From: Gammaproteobacteria bacterium
GTDB taxonomy: Bacteria; Pseudomonadota; Gammaproteobacteria; Acidiferrobacterales; Sulfurifustaceae
NCBI GenBank assembly: GCA_046565865.1
Contig: JBKHXU010000025.1
Coordinates: 1-55,418 of the forward strand
DNA: 55,418 bases
Direction of reading: 5' to 3'
Both the position numbers and the translations under genes were made by a program. The notes beneath the pieces are model-generated. The model saw nothing but the letters and a program-made list of their open reading frames with translations, was not told where the DNA came from and made no database searches. Below are positions 38,901 to 49,445 of the stretch, piece after piece (position 1 is the first letter of the stretch; the number at the start of each line of letters is the position of its first letter).

Positions 38901-39253
38901 TCAAGCATTGCGCGCTCAAGGACGTGGCCGGCATGCTGCGCTCCTTCAACTACGCGATGCACACCGCGCTCGGGCGCGTGACCGCGACACGGCCGCAAGA
39001 CCGCGAGACGCTGTTGCCGGTGGCGCGCGAGTGGCAGCGATCGGTGCAGGCAGTATTTTTGCAGGGGTATCGCGAGGGCGTGGACCAGGCGCGCAGCTAC
39101 CCCGCGGACGACGCCACCGCCGATAGGCTGATACGCCTGTTCGTCCTGCAAAAAGCGCTGTACGAGCTGCGCTACGAATTCAACAATCGCCCCGACTGGG
39201 TGGCAATACCACTGCGCGGAATACTGGAGTGGATCGAGTACAGCGCGGAGTGA
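35918..39253 (+). CDS. treS: fused trehalose synthase / maltokinase (TreS-Pep2)
   Basis: N-terminal GH13 TreS ([16 protein letters not shown]...[24 protein letters not shown]). C-terminal maltokinase ([21 protein letters not shown]). The ORF opens at 35900; ATG 35918 has the better Shine-Dalgarno. Confidence 0.9.
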   Translation: MARRPSRPPPLPDDPLWYKDAIIYELHVKAFYDSNDDGIGDFKGLIQKLDYICDLGVNTIWLLPFYPSPLRDDGYDIADYRNVHPGYGSLADFRAFVRAAHACGLRVITELVINHTSDQHPWFQAARAAPRDSARRNFYVWSDNDKQYAGTRIIFTDTETSNWAWDPVAQQYYWHRFFSHQPDLNFDNPQVIRAVLSVMRFWLDAGVDGMRLDAIPYLCEREGTNNENLPATHEVLKRLRAGLDAHHRGRMFLAEANQWPEDVRPYFGEGDECHMAFHFPLMPRVYMAVAQEDRYPIVEIMEQTPDIPDNCQWAIFLRNHDELTLEMVTDRERDYMYQVYAGDPRMRLNLGIRRRLASLLDNDVERIKLLNNLLMSLIGSPVIYYGDEIGMGDNIFLGDRNGVRTPMQWSPDRNAGFSRADPARLFLPPIMDPIYGYGAVNVEAQQRDPFSLLNWMKRLIAVRKAHKAFGRGTLKFLRPGNRKILAYLRETEDESVLCVTNLSRAAQPVELDLSAYKGRVPVELMGRSSFPPIGDLPYLLTLPGYGFYWFLLSVTAEMPRWHEERLPPVELPYLVMFAGWRTLLPEALAPEERTLRPIAEKQRFQLEHAIWPRFVGAQRWYASKSDPLPRVTLELSHEWEYAGHSWLIAIVRAPAEGGMRYFLPHAIVWGDINEESVRPLLHWALARARRGPRVGTLLDALADASFARALIAAMAADTQRPVGDGALRFVSTPAYAEFVGDDVSQLSVRPLGSEQSNSSAVIGERLILKLYRRLEEGLNPEVELGRFLTVTSPFAHIAPVLGYLEYRDAAGTPVTLALLQRFVAHQGDGWTYTVDYLEWLFESQQTKPASAETRLPEEARQTLFMALVQRLGLRTGELHQALSRETGDAAFDPEPCTAADTGQWWEAVRADLDQTLALVERRRAQAAAELAPDIDRLLAARPRIEAWLQPSPLDGVHRIRIHGDYHLGQVLVVQNDLVIIDFEGEPGRPLAQRRIKHCALKDVAGMLRSFNYAMHTALGRVTATRPQDRETLLPVAREWQRSVQAVFLQGYREGVDQARSYPADDATADRLIRLFVLQKALYELRYEFNNRPDWVAIPLRGILEWIEYSAE

Positions 39254-39307
39254 CCGTCAGGGGCGGACGGTGTACGCTCGAACCTGGGGCGAACGGGGAG
39301 AGTTTGG

Positions 39308-41479
<2,172 letters not shown>

Positions 41480-41590
41480 TCCGGTGCGTGCCGCACCGTA
41501 CCGGAGCGGGTGGGGAAACGCCATCGTTGGGTTTTTCACCAAACGAGGCGCGGAATAGGTGTCGCAGGGATGATGGGTAATTAGATCGCC

Positions 41591-43420
41591 ATGAACCGCA
41601 TGCACCGCATGCCCTTCGGCGCAGAGCTGACGGCCGACGGTTGCCGCTTTCGCTTGTGGGCGCCGAGCGCCGAGCGCGTGGAGCTGGTACTCGGTACCGG
41701 CGCGGCGGCGCGCCGCTCGCCCATGATCGCGCAAGCGAACGGCTGGTACGCCGCGTTCGCCCCGGCGACAGCGGGGACGCGCTACGGTTTCCGCATCGAC
41801 GACCAGCTAAACGTGCCGGACCCGGCATCCCGGTTCCAGCCGGACGATGTCCACGCATCAAGCGAAATCGTCGATCCCGCCGCGTTCGACTGGCGCGACG
41901 AGGGATGGCGCGGGCGGGCGTGGGAAGAAGCGGTAATCTATGAGCTGCACGTCGGCAGCTTTACCCGGCGCGGCGACTACAGCGGTGTGCGTGAGCGGCT
42001 CGATCATCTGGTCGATCTCGGTATTACCGCGATTGAGTTGATGCCGCTCGCCGATTTTCCAGGACGGCGCAATTGGGGCTACGACGGCGTGCTGCCGTAC
42101 GCGCCCGACAGCCGTTACGGCCGGCCCGAGGACTTGAAGGAACTGGTACAGGCGGCGCATGCGCGCGGCCTCATGGTGCTGCTGGACGTGGTTTACAATC
42201 ACTTCGGCCCCGACGGCAACTACCTTTCGCGCTACGCCGCGCCGTTTTTCAGCGAGCGCCATCACACACCGTGGGGCGCGGCCATCAACTTCGACGGGCC
42301 CGGCAGTCGCACGGTGCGCGACTACTACATCCACAACGCGCTCTATTGGTTGGAGGAGTATCACTTGGACGGTCTGCGGTTCGATGCGGTGCACGCCATC
42401 GTCGACGAGTCGAGGCCCGACATCGTCGAGGAGATCGCGACCGCCTGCGCCGCGGGTCCCGGACGCGAGCGGCGCATCCACCTGGTGCTCGAAAACGAAC
42501 ACAACACCGCGCGTTATCTTGCGCGCGAGATCGACGGTCGCCCGCGCTTCCATACCGCGCAGTGGAACGACGACATTCACCATGCGTGGCACGTGCTCGC
42601 GACCGGCGAGCGCGGCGGTTACTACAGCGACTACGCCGACGACCCAGTGCGCCGCCTCGGACGTTGCCTGACCGAAGGCTTCGCGTACCAGGGCGATGCG
42701 TCGGCGTATCGCGAGGGTGCGCCGCGCGGCGAGCCGTCGGCGCACTTGCCGGCGGCCGCGTTCGTCGCGTTTTTGCAGAATCACGATCAAATCGGCAATC
42801 GCGCCTTCGGCGAGCGCCTGAGCGCGCTGGCGCCGCCCGAGGCGGTGCGGGCGTTGACGGCGATGCTGTTGCTCGCGCCCTCGCCGCCGATGTTGTTCAT
42901 GGGCGAGGAGTGGGACACGCGCCGGCCGTTTCCGTTTTTTTGCGACTTTGGCCCTGAGCTCGCCAAGGCCGTGACCGAAGGACGCCGCAAGGAGTTCGCG
43001 CGATTCCCGGAATTTTCCGACCCCAAGGCACGCGAACGCATCCCGGATCCGAGCAGCGCCGCGACATTCGACAGCGCCGTGCTCGATTGGGAAACATTGG
43101 CCGATAGCAATGGTGCGGGCGCGCGCGGCCTCGCGCAACGGCGCGAACTACTGGCGCTGCGCGCGCGATTACTCGCGCCGCGGTTGCGTCAAATCCACCC
43201 GGGCGGTCGTTACCGAACCTTCAATGACCGAGGCTTGATCGCCGATTGGTCGTTTGCCGACGGTGCCCGGTTGGCGCTGCTCGCCAACGTCGGAGCTGTG
43301 CCGCTGCCGGCATCCGATCGGCCAGGCACTACCCTTATCTACGCCACGCATTCGCTTCCCGCCGCCGCGGCGCCGTTGCCGCCGTGGTCGGTATTCTGGT
43401 TTTTGGATGTTCCCGCTTGA
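41591..43420 (+). CDS. treZ: malto-oligosyltrehalose trehalohydrolase
   Basis: FGAEL...G..FRLWAP, VIYELHVGSFT, DVVYNHFGPDGNYL, GLRFDAVHAI, LENEHN, FLQNHDQIGNR. Confidence 0.9.
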   Translation: MNRMHRMPFGAELTADGCRFRLWAPSAERVELVLGTGAAARRSPMIAQANGWYAAFAPATAGTRYGFRIDDQLNVPDPASRFQPDDVHASSEIVDPAAFDWRDEGWRGRAWEEAVIYELHVGSFTRRGDYSGVRERLDHLVDLGITAIELMPLADFPGRRNWGYDGVLPYAPDSRYGRPEDLKELVQAAHARGLMVLLDVVYNHFGPDGNYLSRYAAPFFSERHHTPWGAAINFDGPGSRTVRDYYIHNALYWLEEYHLDGLRFDAVHAIVDESRPDIVEEIATACAAGPGRERRIHLVLENEHNTARYLAREIDGRPRFHTAQWNDDIHHAWHVLATGERGGYYSDYADDPVRRLGRCLTEGFAYQGDASAYREGAPRGEPSAHLPAAAFVAFLQNHDQIGNRAFGERLSALAPPEAVRALTAMLLLAPSPPMLFMGEEWDTRRPFPFFCDFGPELAKAVTEGRRKEFARFPEFSDPKARERIPDPSSAATFDSAVLDWETLADSNGAGARGLAQRRELLALRARLLAPRLRQIHPGGRYRTFNDRGLIADWSFADGARLALLANVGAVPLPASDRPGTTLIYATHSLPAAAAPLPPWSVFWFLDVPA

Positions 43421-46400
43421 GCGACGCCAGCTTTGAGGCGCTGCTGCGCCTATGCGACATCGAGCCGAGCTACCACGACATCTGGGGCAACGAACATCGC
43501 GTTTCGCGCGACACGGCCGAGGCGTTGGCGCGGGCGATGGGGGTGGATCTTAGCAACGGTGTGGATGCGGCGGTGGCCGCGCTCGATCGCGCGCGCTGGA
43601 CGCGGCGCCTCGACGCCGCGTACGTCGTTGCGGAATGCGACGGTCCGCCGACGATTACCTTGCGCCTGCCGGTTGACACCAGTACGCGTCCGCTCCACTG
43701 GCGCGTCACGCAGGAGAACGGCGCGACCCGCGCCGGCCAGGTTAACCCAGCGACGTTGCCGCGCACGGGCAGCGCTCACATCGATGGCCGCGAGTACGCG
43801 GCGTTTCGCTATACGTTGCCGGAGCCGTTGCCGCTCGGCTATCACACGTTTGAATTGGTCGACGGCGGCGCACCTACGCGCGCGACGCTCATCGTGACGC
43901 CCGCGGCGTGCTATCTGCCCGAGGCGGTACAAGGCGACAAGCGTGTGTGGGGCATTGCGTTGCAGCTCTATACCGTGCGCAGCGAACGCAATTGGGGCAT
44001 CGGCGATTTCACCGATTTGCGGTCGGCGATCGAGCGCTTCGGCGAGCGCGGGGCGGCAGTGGTCGGTCTCAACCCGTTGCACGCGCTGTATCCGCACAAT
44101 CCCGAGCACATCAGTCCGTACAGTCCGTCGAGCCGGCTGTTCGTGAACGTGTTGTATATCGATGTCGAAGGTGTGCCGGAATTCGCGCAGTGCGAGGCGG
44201 CGCAGCAGCAAGTGTATGCGCGCGAGTTCCAACAACGGCTGGAGGCGTTGCGCACGGCGGAGTATGTCGACTACGCCGGCGTCGCGGCGGTGAAGCTGCC
44301 GGTGCTGGAGACGTTGTATCAGTATTTTCGCGCGTATCACTTGGCGCGCGATTCGCATCGCGCGCGCGCGTTTCGCACGTTTCAGGAGCGCGGCGGCGAG
44401 CTGCTCTACCGGCACGCGCTGTACGAGGCGCTGCAAGAACATTTTCACCGCGCGGATGCGAGCGTGTGGGGCTGGCCGGTGTGGCCGGAGGCGTATCGCG
44501 ATCCCGCGGCGCCGGCGGTGGCGGAGTTCGCCGCGCGCGAGGCGGCGCGGGTGGAGTTTTACCAGTACCTGCAATGGCAAGCCGATTTACAACTCGGCGC
44601 TGCCGGCCGGCGCTCGGCCGAGATCGGGCTCGGCGTCGGCGTGTATCAAGACTTGGCCGTCAGCGTCGATCGCGGCGGGGCCGAGACCTGGGCATTGCAG
44701 GCGCTGTACGCCACCGGCGCCAGCATCGGCGCGCCGCCGGACGAGCTGGCGCTGCAGGGACAGGATTGGGGGTTGCCGCCGCTGGTGCCGAACCGGTTGC
44801 GTGACGTCCGCTACGCGCCCTTTATCGCCACGCTGCGCGCCAACATGCGCCATGCCGGCGCGCTGCGCATCGATCATGTCATGGGGCTCATGCGCCTGTT
44901 TTGGGTGCCGGCCGGCAAGACCGCGCAGGATGGTGCATACGTGCACTATCCGTTTGCCGAGCTGCTCGGCATCCTGGCGCTCGAAAGCCACCGCAATCAG
45001 TGTCTCGTGATCGGCGAGGATTTGGGCACGGTGCCGAACGAAGTGCGCCGTCGGCTCGGACCGATGAACATATTGTCGTACCGGTTGTTCTACTTCGAGC
45101 GCACCGACAGCGGCGAGTACAAACCCCCGGCGGAGTATCCGCCGCTGGCGCTCGCTGCGATCAGCACCCACGACCTGCCGACGCTCGCCGGCTACTGGAA
45201 GGGCGAGGATTTGCGCGCCCGCGACGCGTTGCAGTTGTTCCCGTCCGACGAGATGCGGCACCGCCAGATTCTTGCGCGCACCCAGGACCGCGTGCGGCTG
45301 CTGGCGGCGCTGGCGCGCGAGCAATTGTTGCCCGAAGGCGTGTCGCCCGATCCCGCGTTCACGCCCGATCTCACCCCGGCGCTGGCGCGCGCCGTGCATT
45401 GCTATCTCGCGCGCACGCCGTCGAAGTTGATGATGGTGCAGGTCGAGGATCTGATCGGCGAGGTGCGTCAGGTGAACTTGCCCGGCACTACCGAGGCTTA
45501 CCCCAACTGGCGGCGCAAGCTGACGATCGACCTGGATGCGTTGTTGGGCGATGCCGCGGTGCAGGCGCTTTTCGATGGCCTGCGCCATTCCCGCGGTCCC
45601 GGTCTCGTCGGTGGGCGCGCGCCGCCGGCGCGGCGGCGCGGCGTGATCCCGGACGCGACCTATCGATTGCAGTTTCACAAGGACTTCACGTTTCGTGACG
45701 CGGAGCGGCTGGTGCCGTATCTGGCGCGGCTTGGCATCAGCCACTGTTACGCCTCGCCATACTTGAAGGCGCGTCCCGGCAGCCGTCATGGCTACGATAT
45801 CGTCGATCACAATGCGCTCAATCCCGAGATCGGCGCGCTCGACGACTACGAGCAATTTGTCGACGCCTTGCGCCGGCACAATATGGGACAGGTGCTCGAC
45901 ATCGTGCCGAACCACATGGGCATCGGCAGCGACAACGCCTGGTGGCTCGATGTGCTGGAAAACGGCGCGGCGTCAATCTATGCCGATTTTTTCGACATCG
46001 ACTGGCGGCCGCTCAAGAGCGAACTGCGCGGCAAGGTGCTGTTGCCGGTGCTCGGTGCACCGTACGGGGCGGCGTTAGAGGCGGGAGAGCTTACGCTCGA
46101 TTTCGATGCGGCGCGCGGTGCGTTCTTAGTGCGTTACTACGATCACACCTTCCCGGTCGACCCCGGGACCTTTCCCGATATCCTGGAACCGGAGCTGGCG
46201 CGTCTGGCGAGCGCCCTCGGCCCGCAGCACCCGCGGTTGCTCGATCTGCAAAGCCTGCTGGCCGCATTCCGCCATTTGCCGGCGCGCAGCGAGCGCACGC
46301 ACGCGAAGCAGGCGGAGCGACACCGCGACAAGGAAATGCATAAACGGCGCCTGGCCGAGCTCGCGGCCGACAACGCGATCGGCGAATACATTGACGCACA

Positions 46401-48522
46401 GCTCGCGCTCCATCGCGCCAGCACGCGCCCGCAGACCGAGCGGCTGCACCGGTTGCTCGAGGCGCAGGCATATCGGCTGGCGTACTGGCGCGTGGCGGCG
46501 GACGAGATCAACTATCGGCGGTTTTTCGACATCAACGACCTCGCGGCGCTGCGGCAGGAGAATCCGCAGGCGTTTTTTGCCACCCACCGGTTGATCGCCA
46601 AGCTTGTCGCCGCCGGTCATGTCAACGGGTTGCGCATCGACCATCCGGACGGTTTGTACGAGCCGGTCGAGTATTACCGGCGCCTGCAGAATTTCATCAC
46701 CTCGGTCGTCACCGGCGATCCGGTGTCGGTGCGGTTGGGTACGGCGCCGGCCGAGGCGCTGTACGTCGTCACCGAAAAGATTTTGGCCGCGTACGAGCGG
46801 TTGCCGGAGGACTGGCCGGTGCACGGCACCACCGGCTACGACGTCGGCGCGCTGCTGAACGAATTTTTCGTGTATCCGGGCGGCGAGCGCGAGCTCGATC
46901 GACTTTATACCCGCTTTATCGGGCGCGAGACCGACTTCCAGGAGCTTTTGAGCGATCGCAAGCGGCTCATCATGCGCGTCGCGCTGTCAAGCGAGCTCAA
47001 CGTACTGGCCAACTATTTGAACCGCATTTCGGAGTCCGACTGGCACGCGCGCGATTTCACGCTGACGGCGCTGCGCGAGGCATTGCGCGAGGTGGTGGCG
47101 CGCTTTCCGGTGTACCGCACCTATGTCCGCAGCGAGGCGGTATCCGACGAGGACCGGCGCTATGTCGAGTGGGCGGTGGCGCAGGCACGCAATCACCATG
47201 CGGCGGCGGACGTCAGCGTGTTCGATTTCGTGCGCGCGGTGCTGTTGTTGGAAAACCTTGCGGGTCGCGACGAGGCGTACCGGCGCGCGGCGCTCGACTT
47301 CGTCATGCGCTTCCAGCAGTTCACCGCGCCGGTGATGGCGAAGGCGTTCGAGGATACGACGTTTTACATCTACAACCGTCTGGTGTCGCTCAACGAGGTC
47401 GGCGGCGATCCGCGGCGCTTCGGGTTGTCGGCGGCGGCGCTGCACGGCGCGAATCAGGATCGCGCGCGTCGCTGGCCGCATACGCTGGTGCTCACCTCGA
47501 GCCATGACAGCAAGCGCTCCGAAGACGTGCGCACGCGCATTAGCGTGTTGTCCGAAATCGCCGGCGAATGGCGCGAGCACGTGACGCGCTGGGCGCGCAT
47601 CAATCGCGGCAGGAAACGCAAGATCAACGATATCCCGGCGCCCGCGCGTAACGACGAGTATCTGCTGTATCAGACGCTGCTTGGCGCGTGGCCGCTCGAA
47701 GCGCCGGCGGACGACGATGCGCGGGCGGCGTTCTGCGAGCGCATCGAATCGTATCTGATGAAGGCCGTGCGCGAAGCGAAAATGCATACGAGCTGGATCA
47801 ATCCCAACGACGACTACGAGGCCGCGATCCGCGAGTTCGTACGCTCGGTGTTGCAGCCGTCGCGTAACTTGTTTTTGGAGGATTTTCTGCCGTTTCAGGC
47901 GCGGGTGGCGCGCTACGGTTTGTACGCCAGTTTGTCGCAGGTGCTGCTCAAGTTCACGATCCCCGGGGTGCCCGATATTTATCAAGGCAACGAACTGTGG
48001 GATTTCAGTTTGGTCGACCCGGACAATCGGCGTCCGGTCGACTACGCACGCCGCGATCGACTGCTGGCCGAAATCGAACGGATCGGCGATGCTGACCGCG
48101 CGCGCTTCGCGCGCTCGCTGCTCGATACGCTCGAAGATGGCCGCGCCAAACTGTACGTGACCTGGCGCGCGTTGACGCTGCGCCGCGCTAAGTCATCGGT
48201 ATTTCGCGACAGCGACTACGTGCCTTTGAAGGCCGACGGGCCGCTGGCCGAGCATGTATTCGCGTTCGCCCGCCGCGCCGGCGACTGGGCGGCGATTGTC
48301 GTGGCGCCGCGCTGGTTTGCGCGCCTTGGCGCGCGTGAGCCCATCGGTCCGGTGTGGGCCGGCAATGTCATCGAAGCGCCCTTGGCGGCGGGGCAGGCGT
48401 ACCGCAATATGCTGACCGGTGAGACGCTGTCGCCGACATCGCGCGACGGTGGGCAGGGACTGCGGCTCGATCAGGTCCTGGGTCGATTCCCGGTCGCCTT
48501 GTTGGTGCCGGTCGAGAACTAA
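43417..48522 (+). CDS. malQ-treY: apparent fusion of 4-alpha-glucanotransferase (MalQ) and malto-oligosyltrehalose synthase (TreY)
   Basis: N-terminal half has GIALQLYTVRSERNWGIGDFTDL and IDHVMGL..LFWVP (GH77). From about 45650 it reads ATYRLQFHKDFTF.DA..LVPYLARLGISHCYASPYLKARPGSRHGYDIVDH (TreY). Chosen start TTG 43417 overlaps the treZ TGA (TTGA). The tracked ORF opens at 43246 inside treZ. Confidence 0.85.
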   Translation: MSDASFEALLRLCDIEPSYHDIWGNEHRVSRDTAEALARAMGVDLSNGVDAAVAALDRARWTRRLDAAYVVAECDGPPTITLRLPVDTSTRPLHWRVTQENGATRAGQVNPATLPRTGSAHIDGREYAAFRYTLPEPLPLGYHTFELVDGGAPTRATLIVTPAACYLPEAVQGDKRVWGIALQLYTVRSERNWGIGDFTDLRSAIERFGERGAAVVGLNPLHALYPHNPEHISPYSPSSRLFVNVLYIDVEGVPEFAQCEAAQQQVYAREFQQRLEALRTAEYVDYAGVAAVKLPVLETLYQYFRAYHLARDSHRARAFRTFQERGGELLYRHALYEALQEHFHRADASVWGWPVWPEAYRDPAAPAVAEFAAREAARVEFYQYLQWQADLQLGAAGRRSAEIGLGVGVYQDLAVSVDRGGAETWALQALYATGASIGAPPDELALQGQDWGLPPLVPNRLRDVRYAPFIATLRANMRHAGALRIDHVMGLMRLFWVPAGKTAQDGAYVHYPFAELLGILALESHRNQCLVIGEDLGTVPNEVRRRLGPMNILSYRLFYFERTDSGEYKPPAEYPPLALAAISTHDLPTLAGYWKGEDLRARDALQLFPSDEMRHRQILARTQDRVRLLAALAREQLLPEGVSPDPAFTPDLTPALARAVHCYLARTPSKLMMVQVEDLIGEVRQVNLPGTTEAYPNWRRKLTIDLDALLGDAAVQALFDGLRHSRGPGLVGGRAPPARRRGVIPDATYRLQFHKDFTFRDAERLVPYLARLGISHCYASPYLKARPGSRHGYDIVDHNALNPEIGALDDYEQFVDALRRHNMGQVLDIVPNHMGIGSDNAWWLDVLENGAASIYADFFDIDWRPLKSELRGKVLLPVLGAPYGAALEAGELTLDFDAARGAFLVRYYDHTFPVDPGTFPDILEPELARLASALGPQHPRLLDLQSLLAAFRHLPARSERTHAKQAERHRDKEMHKRRLAELAADNAIGEYIDAQLALHRASTRPQTERLHRLLEAQAYRLAYWRVAADEINYRRFFDINDLAALRQENPQAFFATHRLIAKLVAAGHVNGLRIDHPDGLYEPVEYYRRLQNFITSVVTGDPVSVRLGTAPAEALYVVTEKILAAYERLPEDWPVHGTTGYDVGALLNEFFVYPGGERELDRLYTRFIGRETDFQELLSDRKRLIMRVALSSELNVLANYLNRISESDWHARDFTLTALREALREVVARFPVYRTYVRSEAVSDEDRRYVEWAVAQARNHHAAADVSVFDFVRAVLLLENLAGRDEAYRRAALDFVMRFQQFTAPVMAKAFEDTTFYIYNRLVSLNEVGGDPRRFGLSAAALHGANQDRARRWPHTLVLTSSHDSKRSEDVRTRISVLSEIAGEWREHVTRWARINRGRKRKINDIPAPARNDEYLLYQTLLGAWPLEAPADDDARAAFCERIESYLMKAVREAKMHTSWINPNDDYEAAIREFVRSVLQPSRNLFLEDFLPFQARVARYGLYASLSQVLLKFTIPGVPDIYQGNELWDFSLVDPDNRRPVDYARRDRLLAEIERIGDADRARFARSLLDTLEDGRAKLYVTWRALTLRRAKSSVFRDSDYVPLKADGPLAEHVFAFARRAGDWAAIVVAPRWFARLGAREPIGPVWAGNVIEAPLAAGQAYRNMLTGETLSPTSRDGGQGLRLDQVLGRFPVALLVPVEN

Positions 48523-48547
48523 CGACAACGAACTGGAGACGCAGAGC

Positions 48548-49390
48548 ATGCGATATCTGGCGCTTCTGCTGCTGTTGCTTAGCCCCACGATCCGCGCCGA
48601 CGCCGAGAGCGCCTGGTGGTGGGACAAGGATTGGTGGTTCGACGGCAAGCTGCCGCCGCCGACGAACGTCGCGGTCGAGTCGCGCCAGCTTTCCTATAAG
48701 GTCGGCGACGTCGAGGTACCCGTTACCGTGATCCGGCCGAAAGATAAGAAACGCTATCCCGGGGTGTTGTTCGTGCACGGACGGCGCGGCTGGGACGATC
48801 TGGTGGCGCTGCATGCGACGCGCGTGGCGGCGCGCGGCTTCGTGGTGTACGCGCCGGATTTGTATACCGGGCGCTTCATCCCGAAGAACCCGATCGAGCA
48901 CGACTACGTGCTCGAAGACGATCTCAACGCCGGGCTCAATGCATTTCTCACGTTGCCGGATATCCAGGGCAAGAAGGTCTGCGCCTATTCGCACACGCGT
49001 GGCGGCTACTACACGCTGAAGCTGGCGGTGACCAAGGGCCGGCAGAAAGACGCGCTCGCCTGTTACGTCTCGTACTATCCCCATTGGCAGGACCCGAACG
49101 CACCCGAGGCGCTGCAGGTGTATCAGTACGCGCCGGAGATCAATGATTTCGATCTGCCGGCGTTGGTGTTCGTCGGTGAGCAGGAGCAGTACCAGCGCAA
49201 GCGCGTCATCGACTCTTCGGTGGACGCGCTGCGGCAGCGGGGACGGGCGATTACCTACGTGGTCTATCCCGGCGTCGGGCGCGGATTCGATTTCCGCCCG
49301 CCGACCGTGCGCACGTTCGCCGACGATCTCGCGTCGAAGGACGCCATCGCACGGGCGGCGCGGTTCATGCACGAAAAACTCGGGCGCTGA
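48548..49390 (+). CDS. secreted dienelactone-hydrolase-family protein
   Basis: GGAGA Shine-Dalgarno 8 nt before ATG 48548. Signal peptide MRYLALLLLLLSPTIRADA. GVLFVHGRRGWDD...GFVVYAPDLY is typical of DLH-fold proteins. Confidence 0.7.
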   Translation: MRYLALLLLLLSPTIRADAESAWWWDKDWWFDGKLPPPTNVAVESRQLSYKVGDVEVPVTVIRPKDKKRYPGVLFVHGRRGWDDLVALHATRVAARGFVVYAPDLYTGRFIPKNPIEHDYVLEDDLNAGLNAFLTLPDIQGKKVCAYSHTRGGYYTLKLAVTKGRQKDALACYVSYYPHWQDPNAPEALQVYQYAPEINDFDLPALVFVGEQEQYQRKRVIDSSVDALRQRGRAITYVVYPGVGRGFDFRPPTVRTFADDLASKDAIARAARFMHEKLGR

Positions 49391-49445
49391 GCCGCGGATA
49401 TGCGGCGAGCGAGTTGCAAAACGCCATGGATGGCGTTTGGAACCG

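Noticed and set aside
35918-39253. TreS-maltokinase fusion as a novelty.
   Set aside because: TreS-Pep2 fusions are an established natural architecture in several bacterial lineages, so this is only annotated and not flagged.
43246-43416. N-terminal 57 codons of the tracked 1758 aa ORF.
   Set aside because: They lie entirely inside treZ in another frame and are Arg/Cys/Ala-rich. MalQ-like sequence (SDASFEALLRLCDIEPSYHDIWG) begins exactly at TTG 43417, which overlaps the treZ stop.
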